A stretch of 63,857 nt of DNA, filler included, from Sluysia triapertura (taxonomy: Eukaryota), in NCBI GenBank assembly GCA_046118255.1. It is 4 parts of 4 records of this genome, joined end to end, with 100 filler letters (N's around TTAATTAATTAA, not from the genome) between each part and the next. Parts side by side here need not be neighbours in the genome. Positions count along the whole stretch, not along the records: positions 36,113 to 51,922 come from JBJNIA010218029.1; 3 more parts are not named here. One strand, written 5' to 3'. Numbering within the stretch: position 1 is the stretch's first letter; each line of letters begins with the position of its first letter. The notes beneath the pieces were generated by a model. That model made no database searches. It was not told the DNA's origin and worked only from the letters and a program-made list of their open reading frames with translations. Positions 37,205 to 51,079 of this stretch are shown here, in pieces. The translations under genes and the position numbers were made by a program.

Positions 37205-39200
37205 GTATTTTTGTGGTTATCGCCTTCTCATTCACTTCAGCAGCACACCAATATTTCAAATTTTAATAGTGCTTATAATCTGTTTCGTTAAAAACACAGT
37301 GACCACCATAAACCTGAATTTGAAAAAGCAGTTTTGTTTGCTTTATCGAAATATGCACAACAGTTATCACAAAAAGACTTATTAGAAACATTATTGATGT
37401 ATATTTATCGAAAAAGTACAATTTTCGAGGATGCATATCAAGAATTTCTGCAGATTTTGATAATAAAATTATCGAAATATTCCAAAAGTTGTCAAATTCA
37501 TCAGAAATTGATTTTTTATCTTGGTAGTAGAAAAACTTTTACGTTGTTGTTGATAATTATTATTTATGATTAATTTTAATTACATTCTTATATGTTATTA
37601 AATATTATTGGAACTAAGAAAAGTGAATGTTTTATTAGTTTGTTATTATTAATGTTTACTTTTTTAAAAATATGGTTACTAATATGTACTTTTTTTAATT
37701 AATGTTTAAACATTATTGTAGATATTTTCTGATTTTAAAAGTCTATTCATATTGAGCGATATAGTTGAAATTTGAAAGTTGTTACTATCTCTTTTTTGCA
37801 TGGAAATTGATAGTGACTGTGTTCGCGCACGAAGTAAGCTGTTATCAGGTGATTTGGCCGATAAATTGGATATGACAAAAGTTTCCAGTTCAGCGCATGA
37901 AATTTGCTCCCTCTGACCGGTGATGTTTATAACGACAATGACGATATTGTTGACAGGGCTGAGTATGATGAAATCAAAATATGTCGTACTACGGTTATTT
38001 TAACAGTTCTTGTTACCAAGACTTAGTCAATTTTGTCGAGTTGATGAATCCAAGTATAGTTCAATGAAATATTATTTAAATAATATTAAAATTGATACCG
38101 AAAGTGTTTAGGCTGATTGCGTTCAAAACGAAGAATATAAGCGAAATATTTCGAAAGAAATATTTAAAAGAAAATGATGTTTATGATGGGTCATTGATAG
38201 CCTTTGCTCTTTTTTTGGATTATACAACTTGTTCTGGATTAAAGTCCGAAGATGAGGTACTGTGCGACATTCAAGAAAATAAACAATTCACAAAATCTAA
38301 TATTAATTGTTGAGTATCGAGTATAGTTGGAACAAAATTTCACCACTCTCAATGAAAACAGCAACAATTACATAGAGTTAATCCACTGAAGACAACTCTT
38401 ACACAAGAAATTGAATCTGCAGGCATTCAGAACCAAGATCATCTAGGTTCAAGCTCGATTTTATCAGTGGAGTGCAGTAATCGAAGTAGTGTTGATGATG
38501 ACAATGATGGTTACGGTAATATCCATCATACCTTTTTATATATGATTTTAATTAAATTTAATAAGGACGAATTGAAAAAAGGTGAGACTCCTGTTCACTC
38601 ACCTTGTTCTTTTATATTTGAATTACTGCTACATAATATTAGCAATATTTTTTTGAATGACAGCAAACGAGTCTGTTGACAAATGCGTAATGGACACTAG
38701 CAAAATTTATGCTTTTTTGGACCACGATAAAATGATTTCTTTCGAACGTTTTTGTACATAATTGTGCATACGAAACAGATAACACGATCGAAAATTGTAG
38801 ATTGGACGATCAAGATCGTTTCCACATCTATTCGAAGCCACGAACTCCAGGTTTTACAAACTTTAAAATTTTAGATTCATGTTATTCACACTCAATAAAT
38901 TTCCACTTTTGTTATTCAAATTTGTTTTTCGATTTTTATCTTAATGATTTTCAGTTAATTAATAAAGTTCTAATAAATATTCGAGTTATTTTAATCGAAA
39001 AATTTCAAGATAATGTTAAATGACTTTCGTAATTTTGTATATCGAATAACGCCTTATGGCCATTACACCAACAATAATATTTTTTTGAATGAATTCAACT
39101 TGATCATTGGCGGAGTTTAAATCACCCCGTTGTAATTGGAATCTGATGTGTTTCCTACCTTTTTACTAATACGATATTTCCTCTTATTACACAAAATTAT
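37205..39200 (+). pseudogene. Long decayed intron-containing gene, product unknown
   Basis: Continuous coding-like sequence (ORFs 37334, 38092, 38467, 38802) with in-frame TAA/TGA/TAG and several frameshifts; probable intron ~37524-37721. Confidence 0.5.
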
Positions 39201-40004
39201 TTCTCTGAGTATCAGATTTAATTAAAATATTACTTATATATTAATTATAATATTTACATATAGGTCTTAGCAATTAAAATACAAAATACTTTTAATGAAT
39301 GTCACGCCCTATTTTTTATTTAGTATTTCTTTTATTATTGTTATTATTCAGCTTATTATTACAATTTAGCAAATTATATTTTTATAAACACTTCAAATTA
39401 TTATTATTTGAATAATTATATTATTTATTATTATAAAATTATTATCATAATTATATGTACTGATAAATCCAATACACAATACACGTAGCTAATATTTAAA
39501 ACTAGTCAACTCACAGAAAGATTATATATTTAAAAAGTATATATAAGCAACTATAATTAAGTATATCATATTTTTAATTTACCATTGATATTAAATTTTC
39601 GAATGTTTTATTAAATATGAACATTTTCAATTGTGTTGGAAAATGGAAAATAAAGTAGCAAAAACTGTTTAAAAAAGAAATTTATATATCTTTATTTTTA
39701 TATATTTGCACTACAAGAAGCACTCATACATAATGATTTGTGTAATTTTTAGGATTTTAATAATTTAAAATTATTTTAAGTCATGAAAACATAATTTCCA
39801 TATTATTTTTATCGAAACACCTATACATTGAAAACTGGTCTATACACATACTGTACATATAATAGCATAATACAAATAATATTTTAAAACATTTAACTCA
39901 TAAAAATATTTGTCAAGTTATTATTGGTAATGTTCATTTTCCAGGTGATATAAATTGCTGCCAGAATGATTTTAAAACCATCAAATTCAATAGTTCAAAT
40001 AGAA

Positions 40005-40667
40005 TTATAAAATACAGTAAAAATAATTTACTAACTTGATTATTGGCGCTAAGTCAATATATGTATCTGCTTTCTGTATCTTCTGTGATAATTCAACAAT
40101 CGACATTGGGTTTAATATAACCGGTTTTAACATATTATCGAGATATGATTGATTTACTTTGGAAAACAAATCCTCAATTTTCAAACTTCCTCTTGATTGT
40201 AACATAGACCAAATAGGAATAATATCATGTTTAGAAATATCTTCCTGTTCGGATATATTACGACATAAATGTAATGTATCAACTGCATCACCTTCACAAA
40301 TCATTTTCAAAGTACTATTAGTATAATTATCAACTGATTTCAAAAATATTTCAGATCTATCAAAAACATTATTTGGAATCGTATTAAACAATGACTTCAG
40401 ATGTGCAGTTTGTGAAAATACCGTAGAATCTTCAAATAAATCACTACTATAGTCTTTATCGACGGATTTTGTAAATTCATCACTAAATGAAGATTTATAG
40501 TCAAAATTATCTGAAAATTCTTTATTTAATGATTCATGTTGTTTTATAACGAAACGACAGACATATATAAAAAGCACAATTATGAATACAGCTAAAACGC
40601 AACAAATACAATAAATAAAGACTCTGCATGTTAAGTAGTTTTTGTTTGGATTGATAATGCAATCCAT
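40005..40667 (-). CDS. Intact 220-aa orphan with one N-terminal transmembrane helix
   Basis: Uninterrupted ORF; hydrophobic VFIYCICCVLAVFIIVLFIYVC followed by an acidic Ser-rich region. Confidence 0.7.
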   Translation of the reverse strand: MDCIINPNKNYLTCRVFIYCICCVLAVFIIVLFIYVCRFVIKQHESLNKEFSDNFDYKSSFSDEFTKSVDKDYSSDLFEDSTVFSQTAHLKSLFNTIPNNVFDRSEIFLKSVDNYTNSTLKMICEGDAVDTLHLCRNISEQEDISKHDIIPIWSMLQSRGSLKIEDLFSKVNQSYLDNMLKPVILNPMSIVELSQKIQKADTYIDLAPIIKLVNYFYCIL

Positions 40668-41599
40668 TTATTCAATGACTTTCGCTAAACAAACTGATTA
40701 AATTTGTAATAATAGTCGATAAAAATTTCAGCATTGATTAATACATTAATAATATTAATTATTTTTTATTACTTTTATTATTTTTATTTTCAGATTATTT
40801 CACTTCAAGATTGACATGTAATTGACATAACAGTACAGTATCACGTTTAATCCAATAGCTGACAGGTTTACTATTATTAAGTGAAATTGGTAATATAGAA
40901 TGACACGTAGTTGAACAATACACCTCTTCTTTCACTAGTTTTGTATGCTGGGAAATGTAACGTTTTCTTGAAGTACTAATATCATCTTTGTTACTCGGTT
41001 TAAGCCTTTTGTGTAATGATTATTACTAATGTTATTACTAGTCGAATAATGTGGATTCGTATGACTGACTTTTAATAATTTGTTTAGCCGTATCTGATAC
41101 TAATTTAGATGATATAGGTTCCGTTATTTTATTTTCGTCTTGTCTGATATTAATTGGAGTTTGTTTGACAATAATGTTTCCTTAGAGTCATTTTTTTTGT
41201 GTGACCACAAATATAAAGATTAGCACCTTTAATAGGTTCAGAACTTAGTCTAATTAGCGATACTTTCTTTCGCATCCAAGATAATATTGATATTTAAAAA
41301 TGTTACCTGCTGATTAATAGATTTCATTTGCAATCGACGAATATTGTTGTATACAAAAAAAATTAGAACAAACACAGAGATAGTTTGATAATAAAGATAA
41401 AAAGGGATAACAATAATGATAACATTTATGTGATTATTATGTTTATTAATACAGAATTGTCGAAATTTATTATGAAATTTTGTCATAAAGTTTATTATTA
41501 AAGTTATTGTAAAAGTTATTATTCGATATTTATTATATAACAATAATGATTATAATTTTTAACACAAGTTTTAATGTGATATGAATCATAATAATAATA

Positions 41600-41723
41600 A
41601 CGATAGTTCATGATAGTTAGATGGGATGGTTTTGTTTACTTTTAAATGAGTTTAGTAGTTTGTTTAATAGTTTGTGTATATGTAGAGTGTTTTTATGCGG
41701 TGAATTGTGATGAGTTCCCTACA
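41600..41723 (-). mobile_element. Short TGT-headed element (subfamily TGTAGGG; second copy 43470-43558, minus)
   Basis: Heads TGTAGGGAACTCATCAC (41723) and TGTAGGGCTTCATCAC (43558) with shared ...AAACTACT(A/T)(A/G)ACTCATT. Confidence 0.55.
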
Positions 41724-41910
41724 GTTCTATAATACATTTTTCTACATTGCTCGACCCTGTGTCTATAATCAATATTTAATGAGTGTATTGGTCTTAACCA
41801 TTTTTATGCAGTCCCTTTTATGCGATCTTATAAACAGGTTTGAGTCTATCTCGTAATTATTCTCCTCATCATAACTTTTTTACATTTAATATTATTCAAT
41901 AAGCGCGTAT

Positions 41911-42740
41911 TGTGGCTCATATTATATTAATAACACCATTCACAGACATCATAACACGTCTCACTTATCTCATCACATAACAACCTCACACTTTCACTAC
42001 TACATTTCAACACAAAAATCAATAGAATTATTAAATCATCGATTAAAATTAAACTCTACGTTAATAATGTTAATGTTACTACAACCCAACCTTTACGATA
42101 AACATAACTGCCACATTCATCGTATCATTGCTCATATTTATATTTTTATTATGTTCATGTTTTATAAAACTATCACATAGATCCTGAAAGAACTCGAGAA
42201 ATGTGTACTTTACGAAAATGTTTTTATGGTTTCTTTCTTTCATAACTTCAATTGTTTGTATGGTCTTGGTTGTACAATTCTTGATTTATAATCGGGCTAC
42301 TAACTGATGTATCTCGCCGAATTGGTTATCAATATTTGTGTGGACTTATCAAATCAACAAATTTAGAATTAAATAAAGATTAAAATTTCCCATGTTGATT
42401 ACTCCTTAAAAAATGCACAGGATTTTGAACAGTTCAAAATTTTATCACAAAGTTCGAATCAAAGAAACAGTTTAATAAAAGAACGGAAAGAAAAGGCTTG
42501 ATTCAAGAACATAAAGAAAGTGCTTGAAAAAAGAGTAAATTGTTTAACCGCATAAAAACTAGATAATAATCTGACCTTGGGCTAAAAATAGAGTTACTAT
42601 TAATGTTAAAAATTTTTGAAATGATGATCTAAAAGTATGGATAAAAATTTTAAAATGGAAGCTCTTGAAAGAATGAATTTAGTTCAGGAAGATGTTACGT
42701 CTAGATCACTGATGTTCTAGAAGCCAAGTCTATCTAGTCA
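41911..42740 (+). mobile_element. LTR-like element plus decayed internal coding region, copy 1
   Basis: Aligns with 49755-50500 (TCATATTATATTAATA, CATAACACGT, TCGATTAAAATTAAACTC, and AATGAATTTAGT(T)CAG near the 3' end). Confidence 0.65.
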
Positions 42741-42999
42741 CAAGTAGATCCATTCCGATTAATTTTATATATTGCGCAGAATTTTGATTACTTACCGTCA
42801 TAACTAAATTGTTCAATGTTATTCAACATCAAAACTGTGAATGTCAAATCAAATGTAACGCCAGAACCTGCACACATAAGCATGTCAGTGCTGCGGGTCA
42901 GATACTTACCACTTCTTACTTACATTTCCTATCACATGTTTTATAATTTTTTCAATTGAATTTTTTATTAATAAAATACCATTATGCTCTTAAGGATAA

Positions 43000-43400
43000 T
43001 CATCATCATCTTGTGAATAATCAAACACTTTATATTTTATAATTTCCGATATCGTGGAAACAGCAGTCGTGGTAATAGTAATAACTTTAGTAGTAGTACT
43101 AGTAGTAATAGCGATAGTAGCAATGTTAGTGGTAGTAATAGTAATAGTAGTAATAATAATGATATAATTTTAGTTAATTTTTCAATGAGTGATTCAGAAA
43201 GTTTTTCAGATATTACTCGTGATTCGATGTAGTCATGAAAATTCGTATTTAGTGAATTTCTTTGAGAATCTTTAAAATTTCCATATAATTCACTCAGATT
43301 ATTTCGCTGAAAAGAGTTTTTATATTCATCTAAATCTCTATCATACATCAAACTGTATCTGAAATAGCGCTACAATTATTTCTGGATGTTTGATAAATCT
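43000..43400 (-). pseudogene. Coding-like fragment with a CTA/TTA microsatellite insertion
   Basis: MMYDRDLDEYKNSFQRNNLSELYGNFKD... reads as coding; the poly-Leu part is microsatellite. Confidence 0.35.
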
Positions 43401-43586
43401 TAGAATTATTATATGAAATTATTATTATAAGAATTATTATTACAATGGAATTTATGACAACAATAAATATAACTAATGACTATGTTTTTGAATGAGTCAA
43501 GTAGTTTATTTAGTGTTTTGTTATTGTAAGAAATGTTCGTATGTGATGAAGCCCTACAAATAGAGTTACAGTGACATACTACATTT

Positions 43587-43723
43587 AGTCGTCAGGTACT
43601 CATAACACACGCAGATGGGTCACTATCCAACTCTATCACATGAGTAGTTGCATAGAATCTTTTTGGTACTACAGAATCTCCTGGATTGTCGGGAAATTGT
43701 GCAACGTTGCGGTTCTGACGACT
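43587..43723. mobile_element. 137-bp GC-richer island with 9-bp terminal inverted repeats (MITE-like)
   Basis: AGTCGTCAG (43587-43595) / CTGACGACT (43715-43723). Confidence 0.4.
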
Positions 43724-43872
43724 TTAAGCGGAAGTGTTAATAAATTCATCACAGTATTATTTACTCAAGATAATCCAAAAGTGACTCATATAAGCCCTCT
43801 TTTTATATGTTAATTTGTAACAAAAATGAAAATTATTTTCATTGCTTTTGTCTTTATAATTTAAATTTTCAG

Positions 43873-44053
43873 AATGATAATAAGTTGTTTAAGTGCCTTA
43901 AGCACGGAGTAATTTTTTCATTAAGAGATGGCGATAAAAATTTTGATAACAAAGTCAGGAAATTAATAATTAGTATAATGAGTAATGACATTAAATCAGA
44001 TGAACTTCAGAAATTCAATAACTATACCTCATCTCCACAAATACTATTGTGCG
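43873..44053 (+). CDS. Isolated putative exon, product unknown
   Basis: ttttcag| acceptor, open frame NDNKLFKCLKHGVIFSLRDG...PQILLC, |gtaaaa donor. Confidence 0.4.
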
Positions 44054-44899
44054 GTAAAATCTTATATTAATTTTGTTCTTGATTTTGAAAAATATTTAAT
44101 TAATTAATTATAACATATTCAACTATAATTTCAAATTGAATAAAGTTCTTATTGCCGTTTCTAATAAATCAATATAGATGAATAAAACTTTTGTTCTCAA
44201 GTTAACTGTTCGGATATTCACGTTTGCTTATGGTTAACTCTTGCATTTATATTTCGAATACTGTTTATTATTTTCCAAGTACAAAGTAACTTAATCATTA
44301 GTGGAGATTTCAAATAGAAATTTACAATCGATTTCTAATAACAAAAATAATACTTTATGAATAATAAATAACAATTTATGACCATTTCAATAGGGATCCA
44401 TGCACATCAAATTAAATTATCAGAGAGCACCTTTTAATTAATATTAACACTGCTTGAGATTAAGATATCTCTTATTTCTTTACAAAAATATAAGAAATGT
44501 TGTATGCGTATCGATTTACTTATAACTGTGTGACTTGTCGATTTATTTACAAAATTTTGACTATGTGTTTAATTGTCTACTAATACTTTATATTAATTGA
44601 TTTATGCATTATTAAAATCTTGATTAAATTTTGATATTTACTTTAATATTCATCTGGTTGGAATATATTGATATTGTAAGTAATTTATTTTAAAATATTT
44701 TTAATATATTAATTCTTTTGTTTAATTTAATAAATCAACATCAGCGTATTAAATTAAATAGCAATCCCATTTTTCAAAATGCACACAACAATTTCGACAA
44801 CATAATATTATAACAAAGGTATAATTTTTAGGGGCCGAACTTCAGATAATTTTTCAGAATCCGTCGTCATTTATTTTACTAGGATTTGTACTAAGGTAT

Positions 44900-45640
44900 A
44901 TAGAAAAATCCACTTAAAATAGTAATTAAATTTATTTATAAGAACAATTTAGAAATTTAATTGCTCATTAAAAGGTCAAAAGTACTATAGTTGAAAAAGA
45001 TAGTAAGGTAAATTTTGAATTATTATTAGGACCTGATCATTTTAAGAAAGAGGCACACAATACTTTAAAACAAATTTGGGGAAATTTTCGGGATTAATAG
45101 GTAATAATTAAAGTCATCGATCTTTTAATATCTCAAATATTTTCTGTAGGTATTTAAAAAATACCAGGTTTCCCGTGAAAATTAATAATTGGATGTTTCT
45201 CATTTCTAGCTAAATTTTTATTACATCATCACGCCCATGCTCAACTAAATGCTTTAAAAAAGGAAAAGCAAACTGAAGAAATTGCTTTAGAAACAGTTAA
45301 TTTAGAACAAGTTGGTAATACTGAAGAACCAATCTAATATCAACCTCCTCCAAGAAATCTGGTTTATATGATATGCGCAAATAACTATAACAGTAAAAGA
45401 AGGCCTATGGTAGATATGAGGGTTATCTGAACTAGTAGACACAGGAACTTAATTATTTAGCTAAACAGCATTCATACCTTACAGGAGTAACTGGAAATGA
45501 AATTGAAATTTTAGAAGTATTAAAAATATTATGCGAAATTGGACAAAACAAAATTGAAATAAAATGTAGGGTAATGAGAATATGCCCTGAAGATATGACA
45601 TTAGGCATGAATGTATAACTACAATGAGTATCACTAGATT
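44900..45640 (+). mobile_element. Ty3/gypsy gag-protease remnant
   Basis: LVDTGT (aspartic protease motif, ~45432-45449) followed by LTGVTGNEIEIL...CRVMRICPEDMTLGMN; stops and frameshifts. Confidence 0.75.
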
Positions 45641-47131
45641 TTAGTAAAGCAAAATTGATGGTACAGAGGTAGAATTAAATGTTATTATATTTTTATTATA
45701 ATATGAGGGCTTAAATTTGGATGCAACCTGGTGATATTTGAAAAACTTAAATCTTATAATGTTAAGCATATTTATCATAAGATCAGACCTTAATAGACTC
45801 GGTGTAGTAATACAACTTTGTGTTTTAGGTAAAATCTTAATGATCCCACAATGTTGGAAATTATCTGAGGTGAATATATGATTATTATAAAGATCCATTT
45901 TGTATTCTAAGTATAGGGTTACTACACTATGTTCTTGGAGCTTCCTAACCTCGATACCATGTTTGCATTGAAGAAAAACTTTACTTATATTTTTCTTATT
46001 AATTAGTTCCACATATTTATTAGTTTTATGGTTTACAAACTTATTGCTAACATTTATAAAATATTCATTTAAGACCATAAGACTTTCAAAACAACAATTT
46101 ATTACATTAATTAAAATTTTTGAAATTTTGTATAAATGTCCTATAGTTTCGAGTAACTGTTCCTTCTCATCTATGAATCTGGTTCTGTTTTCACATATGA
46201 TAGATATCCTATAAATAATAATATGAGTAAGTTTAAAGTGACAAGAATTTATAAAAATATCAATTAGAAAGTCATTACTTTTTGTATCCATAAGTTTGAT
46301 CAGATTGGCCATCTTCTGTAGTTTAAGTTCAAAACCACTGGGTTCTTTCTCCTTTCTTAAAAACACACAAGTATATCTGCTGCAATCAGGATGATCTAAA
46401 AAATCAGGAAATCCACGTGTTATGTAGTTTTCATAAAAGCATTCCACTCTTTCTCCATTAGATTTTCGTTTTCCTCTTGTGACTTTATCGTCTAGATTCG
46501 TAACATTTTGATCGGGAGATAATTGCTGTGATTGCCTGATACATGATACAGCTTGGTTCATTATTGAAACATAGTTATATGATGTAGGTGATGAATTTCT
46601 GATTTTCTTTCTTTTAATTTTTCTAGCGCGTTTATATTTCCGATTAATTCCCAAATCTATGCTCTGGCGGACTTCATTAATAATTTCATTAAAATTTGTA
46701 CATTTGTCATGATCATCTTTACTCACTTGGAACATTTCGTTTACTTTTGTAGATAACTTAGAACGTTTGAACAAACTGTTGATATAATCCTTGACATCGT
46801 AGAGATACGATATAAAGGAACGAATTTCCCACAACACTAAAGTCACGACAACAACCACGATTATGTTTATCAATAACAATATAGTACTACTAATCCTTGA
46901 CATTATTCCTTCTTGTCGACTGAACATATTATTACCTGTCTGATTAGAAGAATTATCGCGATTATTAAATAAAGATTTGATTTTGTCGACAATAAAATCA
47001 GGTAATGCATTCCTACGTTGGAAATTATCATTATTTTGAATATGGTTGACAACTTTGAACACATTAAGGTGATTATTTTGAGATGCATTAGAGATATTTA
47101 CTTCCATGGATTCTTCGCAATCATTGTCCAT
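45641..47131 (-). CDS. 496-aa ORF: single-TM, basic-patch N-terminal half fused to a Penelope-like post-RT linker region
   Basis: Longest open frame in the window. TM ILLLINIIVVVVVTLVLW; basic RKYKRARKIKRKK; SCH..LTHIIIYRISIICENRTRFIDEKEQL and LYLEYKMDL...KILPK...TPSLLRSDLM resemble the PLE segment between RT and GIY-YIG. Confidence 0.65.
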   Translation of the reverse strand: MDNDCEESMEVNISNASQNNHLNVFKVVNHIQNNDNFQRRNALPDFIVDKIKSLFNNRDNSSNQTGNNMFSRQEGIMSRISSTILLLINIIVVVVVTLVLWEIRSFISYLYDVKDYINSLFKRSKLSTKVNEMFQVSKDDHDKCTNFNEIINEVRQSIDLGINRKYKRARKIKRKKIRNSSPTSYNYVSIMNQAVSCIRQSQQLSPDQNVTNLDDKVTRGKRKSNGERVECFYENYITRGFPDFLDHPDCSRYTCVFLRKEKEPSGFELKLQKMANLIKLMDTKSNDFLIDIFINSCHFKLTHIIIYRISIICENRTRFIDEKEQLLETIGHLYKISKILINVINCCFESLMVLNEYFINVSNKFVNHKTNKYVELINKKNISKVFLQCKHGIEVRKLQEHSVVTLYLEYKMDLYNNHIFTSDNFQHCGIIKILPKTQSCITTPSLLRSDLMINMLNIIRFKFFKYHQVASKFKPSYYNKNIITFNSTSVPSILLY

Positions 47132-48015
47132 ATCGATAGAAAAATTGATTTGATAACGTATATTTTGTTTTTTTAATTTTTTACCACTAATAGTTGATTG
47201 CTTATTTATTTTTTGAATTTACTTACTTTTTATGTTGTGGTACATTTTATATTGTATATATCCTAACTATTTTGTAAATTTTCTATTTATTATGATAAAT
47301 AAACTTTTAGTGAGTTTAGTTTATATTATTTGATTTTAAGGAGAAGATTTTGAATTTTTACGTTAATCAACAAATTTGCACTTTCATCTCTTACACCAAA
47401 GACGAGTGAACAGTAACCTCCAGATATTATTATCATCTTAAACTCAAGCTACAATCTTAGCATCTACAAGTAAAGTAGAAGCCAGTAACAGAGACAAAAT
47501 CATAAATCTCTTTCTTTTTTATTCTAACATTATTATTATTATTATTACTGTTATTTTTATTTATTTATTATTCATCTGTGCAACGCTGTTACATTTCTGT
47601 TCGATGACGGCTTTGATTGTGACAACTTATTTATTTCATCATGTTTATTTGATTTCATATATTTTACATTTACTTTAGTTGATTCTCCAGAATATTGATT
47701 TCCATGTATTATTTTCAAACTGAAAGACTTGTACTTAGTCATCTAAAATTATAACATTATGAAAATACTTACGGAAATAAAATCAAAAACATGTTTGCTA
47801 ACCTATTTAGAATATTTTTATTATTCAATTACTTTCTATTTTATAATTTTTTGTGAATTTTTCAATGTGCACATTACTCAATGTTACTAAAAATAAATGG
47901 TCTATCAGGTGAATATTAAATAAATGATTACAGAGATCAAAGGACAATGAATATACGCTTCAAATTGAAGTCAATAATTAATAATTTGGAGTTAGATTTA
48001 AATAATTTATAAATA

Positions 48016-48421
48016 ATGAACAAAGAAATATTTGAATTAGTACAAAAAATAAATATAACTAGTTACAAAAAACGATGTAGTGATCGCGATTTTATTGACA
48101 GAATTAATGATAACTACTGTCCAATAATTTTGGTATTATTTGGTATATTGATATGTACCAAATCATATGTAGTTGGTGAACCACTTCAGTGTTGGATTCC
48201 AGCACATTATAGTGTTGGATGGGAAAAATATTCCGAATCATATTGCTTTATCAAAAATACGTATTACGTGCCGAAATCATTACCTGAAATTCCTCATGAT
48301 GAAAATTACCGAAAACAAAATGAACTTAAATATTATCAATGGGTTCCTTTTGTTCTTGCACTACAAGGTGCTTTATTTATTGTGCCAAGTTTATTGTGGA
48401 AATTGGTAAGCTCTCGAGCTC
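48016..48421 (+). CDS. inx: Innexin, first exon (N-terminus, TM1, first extracellular loop, TM2)
   Basis: DDxxDR-like DRDFIDRIN, VGEPLQCWIP, ESYCFIKNTYYVP and the YYQWVPFVL innexin signature; donor candidates at 48406 (gtaagc) or 48422 (gttagt). Confidence 0.95.
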
Positions 48422-49754
48422 GTTAGTTCATTAATTTTCTTTGTTCGTAAATATTTTTTGCGAATCATTTACATAATTCATGATCAAAATCAGCGAAACA
48501 TTTCTATTAATATGTATCCGAGAATAATTTTATAATTTAAAATAAAAGTGAAGTATGCGAACTATAATAAAAACACGATATAGAATAAAACAAGCACAAA
48601 CCAATGTACAAATAAATGTACAAACCAATGTACATGAAAGAAAAAAAATAAATTACCTGCCCAAAGAAATTAATATAATATAAATGAAATTGGTCATGTG
48701 ATAGCGATCATGCTTGTTATCTTACTATAGGAAGAAATTGGCTGTATGATAGAAATTAACGGATACTATGATTGTTTAGATTATTAAACTAAATATTATT
48801 AAATTAATAGTTATAACATTAAAATAATAGTAATAATAAAAATGAAACCAAGAAAATTTTAGTTGAATGTGGAGTTACAATTCACAATAGTATTTGACTC
48901 GATAGTAGTTAAAACCAAAAAATCATTATCTATGACAAAAAATCTGCAAGTTTAAATAAGTATTTTTGGCTTAAAAATAATTAATTGGACACACATCTAA
49001 TAAAAGTTGCAGAAAACATATTTGACAAACCTCGGATAGATTAAATTATATCACAAAAACAAATTTTCGTGCAAACTTTTGCGCAAAATGAACTTAAGCG
49101 TAGGGTTATGGAAGGTGGTCATATAGGCCATATTAAATAAAAATTAGAGGTTTAACTAATATGTCTATTTCTGAGGGTGTTTTTAAACCTACTAAAAATT
49201 AGACAAGTTTTACTACCTCCAGTTGATAATATTTATTTCACTTTTTATGCGCGTCCTTTTCAACTTAATTTAGGATTTAAAAATGCTTTTTAGTTTACTC
49301 TTAATACTCTTTTGTAATGACAATGTCCTCTTTTCCTGTTTATTTATTAAGAAATTGCATAAATCGAAGGTTATCTCTAATTCTATCTTATGAATGAAAT
49401 TTATTACTTTATCGATTAGGAAAGATAAAAGCTTTTTATCTTCAATTATATGTTGCTTAAGGTAACATATTTTTCAACTCACAATTAATTTTTTATAAAT
49501 AAATAATAATGGCACAAAAAAGCAAGAGAATCAAATAATAATAATAATAATAATAAAAGAAAAAATATATATATAATTATATATAAAATAAATAAATTTA
49601 TAAATTTAAAAACTGTAGGTTAAACTCTCTTAAATCTTCTTTAAGTTTTTATCCAGTCTCACATGTCAGTTTGATTTTTAGTCTTCAACTCTTTAAAAAT
49701 GTTTATTTTAGTTTATGAAATATTGTTTTATTTTAGAGTGAGTCCTGTACTCGT

Positions 49755-50500
49755 TGTGGTGCCTCAGCCGATTAGCAAGATCATATTATATTAATAGCAT
49801 CACTTAAAGACACGAAAACTTTATAACAAAAACATAACACGTTTCATATATTATCACATAATCACATACTACCATCATATCTCATAATTTCCCTATTACA
49901 TCTTAACACCGAAGAAAAACAATAAAGTATAAAATCGTCGATTAAAATTAAACTCAATTTAATAATATTAATATTACCACAATTCAATCTTTACAATAAA
50001 TATAACCGCAAAGTCATCATATCATTGTTATAATTTTCACACTTTCGCCTATACTTAAGTTTTTATTATACCTCTGTTTTTTGAAACTAGTCTTTTCATA
50101 TCAAATAAATTTCAATCGAAATCAAGATTAGAAACGTGATCTCAGGCCATAATTCTGCTCATTAAACGGTATTTGTGTCCTTACGGTTTATATTATATAA
50201 AGTATTATATTTTATGCAATGCCTTTAAAGCCAAAGAATTAAAGGAGAGAAGTAAAGAATTAAAGACATGCAATTGTTTTAATAAAATAAAAACTATATA
50301 GTATAAGTTAACCTTGTACTATTTTTAGAATCTCAAAATTTTAAAAGATAATTTTAAGTGATAATTTTAAAAATCAATCAAGACTTTTCAAAGTGCAATG
50401 TAGAATGAACCTAAAATGAATTTAGTCAGATGAATGTCAAATTAGAATTTCTAATGCTGAGTGGCGAGAGAAGTAAAGTCTGTGTCATTCTGATACCACT
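49755..50500 (+). mobile_element. LTR-like element plus decayed internal coding region, copy 2
   Basis: Head TGTGGTGCCTCAGCC; homologous to 41911-42740. Confidence 0.65.
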
Positions 50501-51079
50501 CAGCAAGCTTGTGACATCACTTCAAGTATATAAAGTAGAAATTGTGCCTGGCGGACGAGATTTTATAAATGCTAATTTAACAGTATGTAATCTTAAAGTT
50601 ATGATTTATGTCAAATTATTACTGATTTGAAATTTATTAATTTACAATACAAATGTACCAATAAAAATGTATATTTATTATTGGCCAAGAGTAAATAACT
50701 TTTATGACTAATAGAATTAATCGTTGTTTTATCCGAGTGAATCTATATGTTTTTCTACGTAGCCTCCAGTATCAAATTGTTTTGTTCAAGTAAATCTACA
50801 GATTCTTTCATTGCAGGCTTCAATATCCATCATATATGTATATTTTTCCGCGTAGTTTTCAATATCTTGTAATAAAATTACATTTATATATTAAGTTTCT
50901 GTATATGTGATGAGAATTTATTAATACATTATGTTGTAGTTGGCTTTAAACTATGGAAAATTACAATAACAATCTATTTTTTGAATCTAAATTCTTTGCC
51001 TTAAACAAGGATAAAAACCTTTGAAAAATAAACTTACGAATTTACTCCACAAAATTTTCTCTCGATTTTCTAAGTTGTT

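Noticed and set aside
42902-42910. U1 snRNA 5' end (ATACTTACC)
   Set aside because: No following U1 stem-loops or Sm site.
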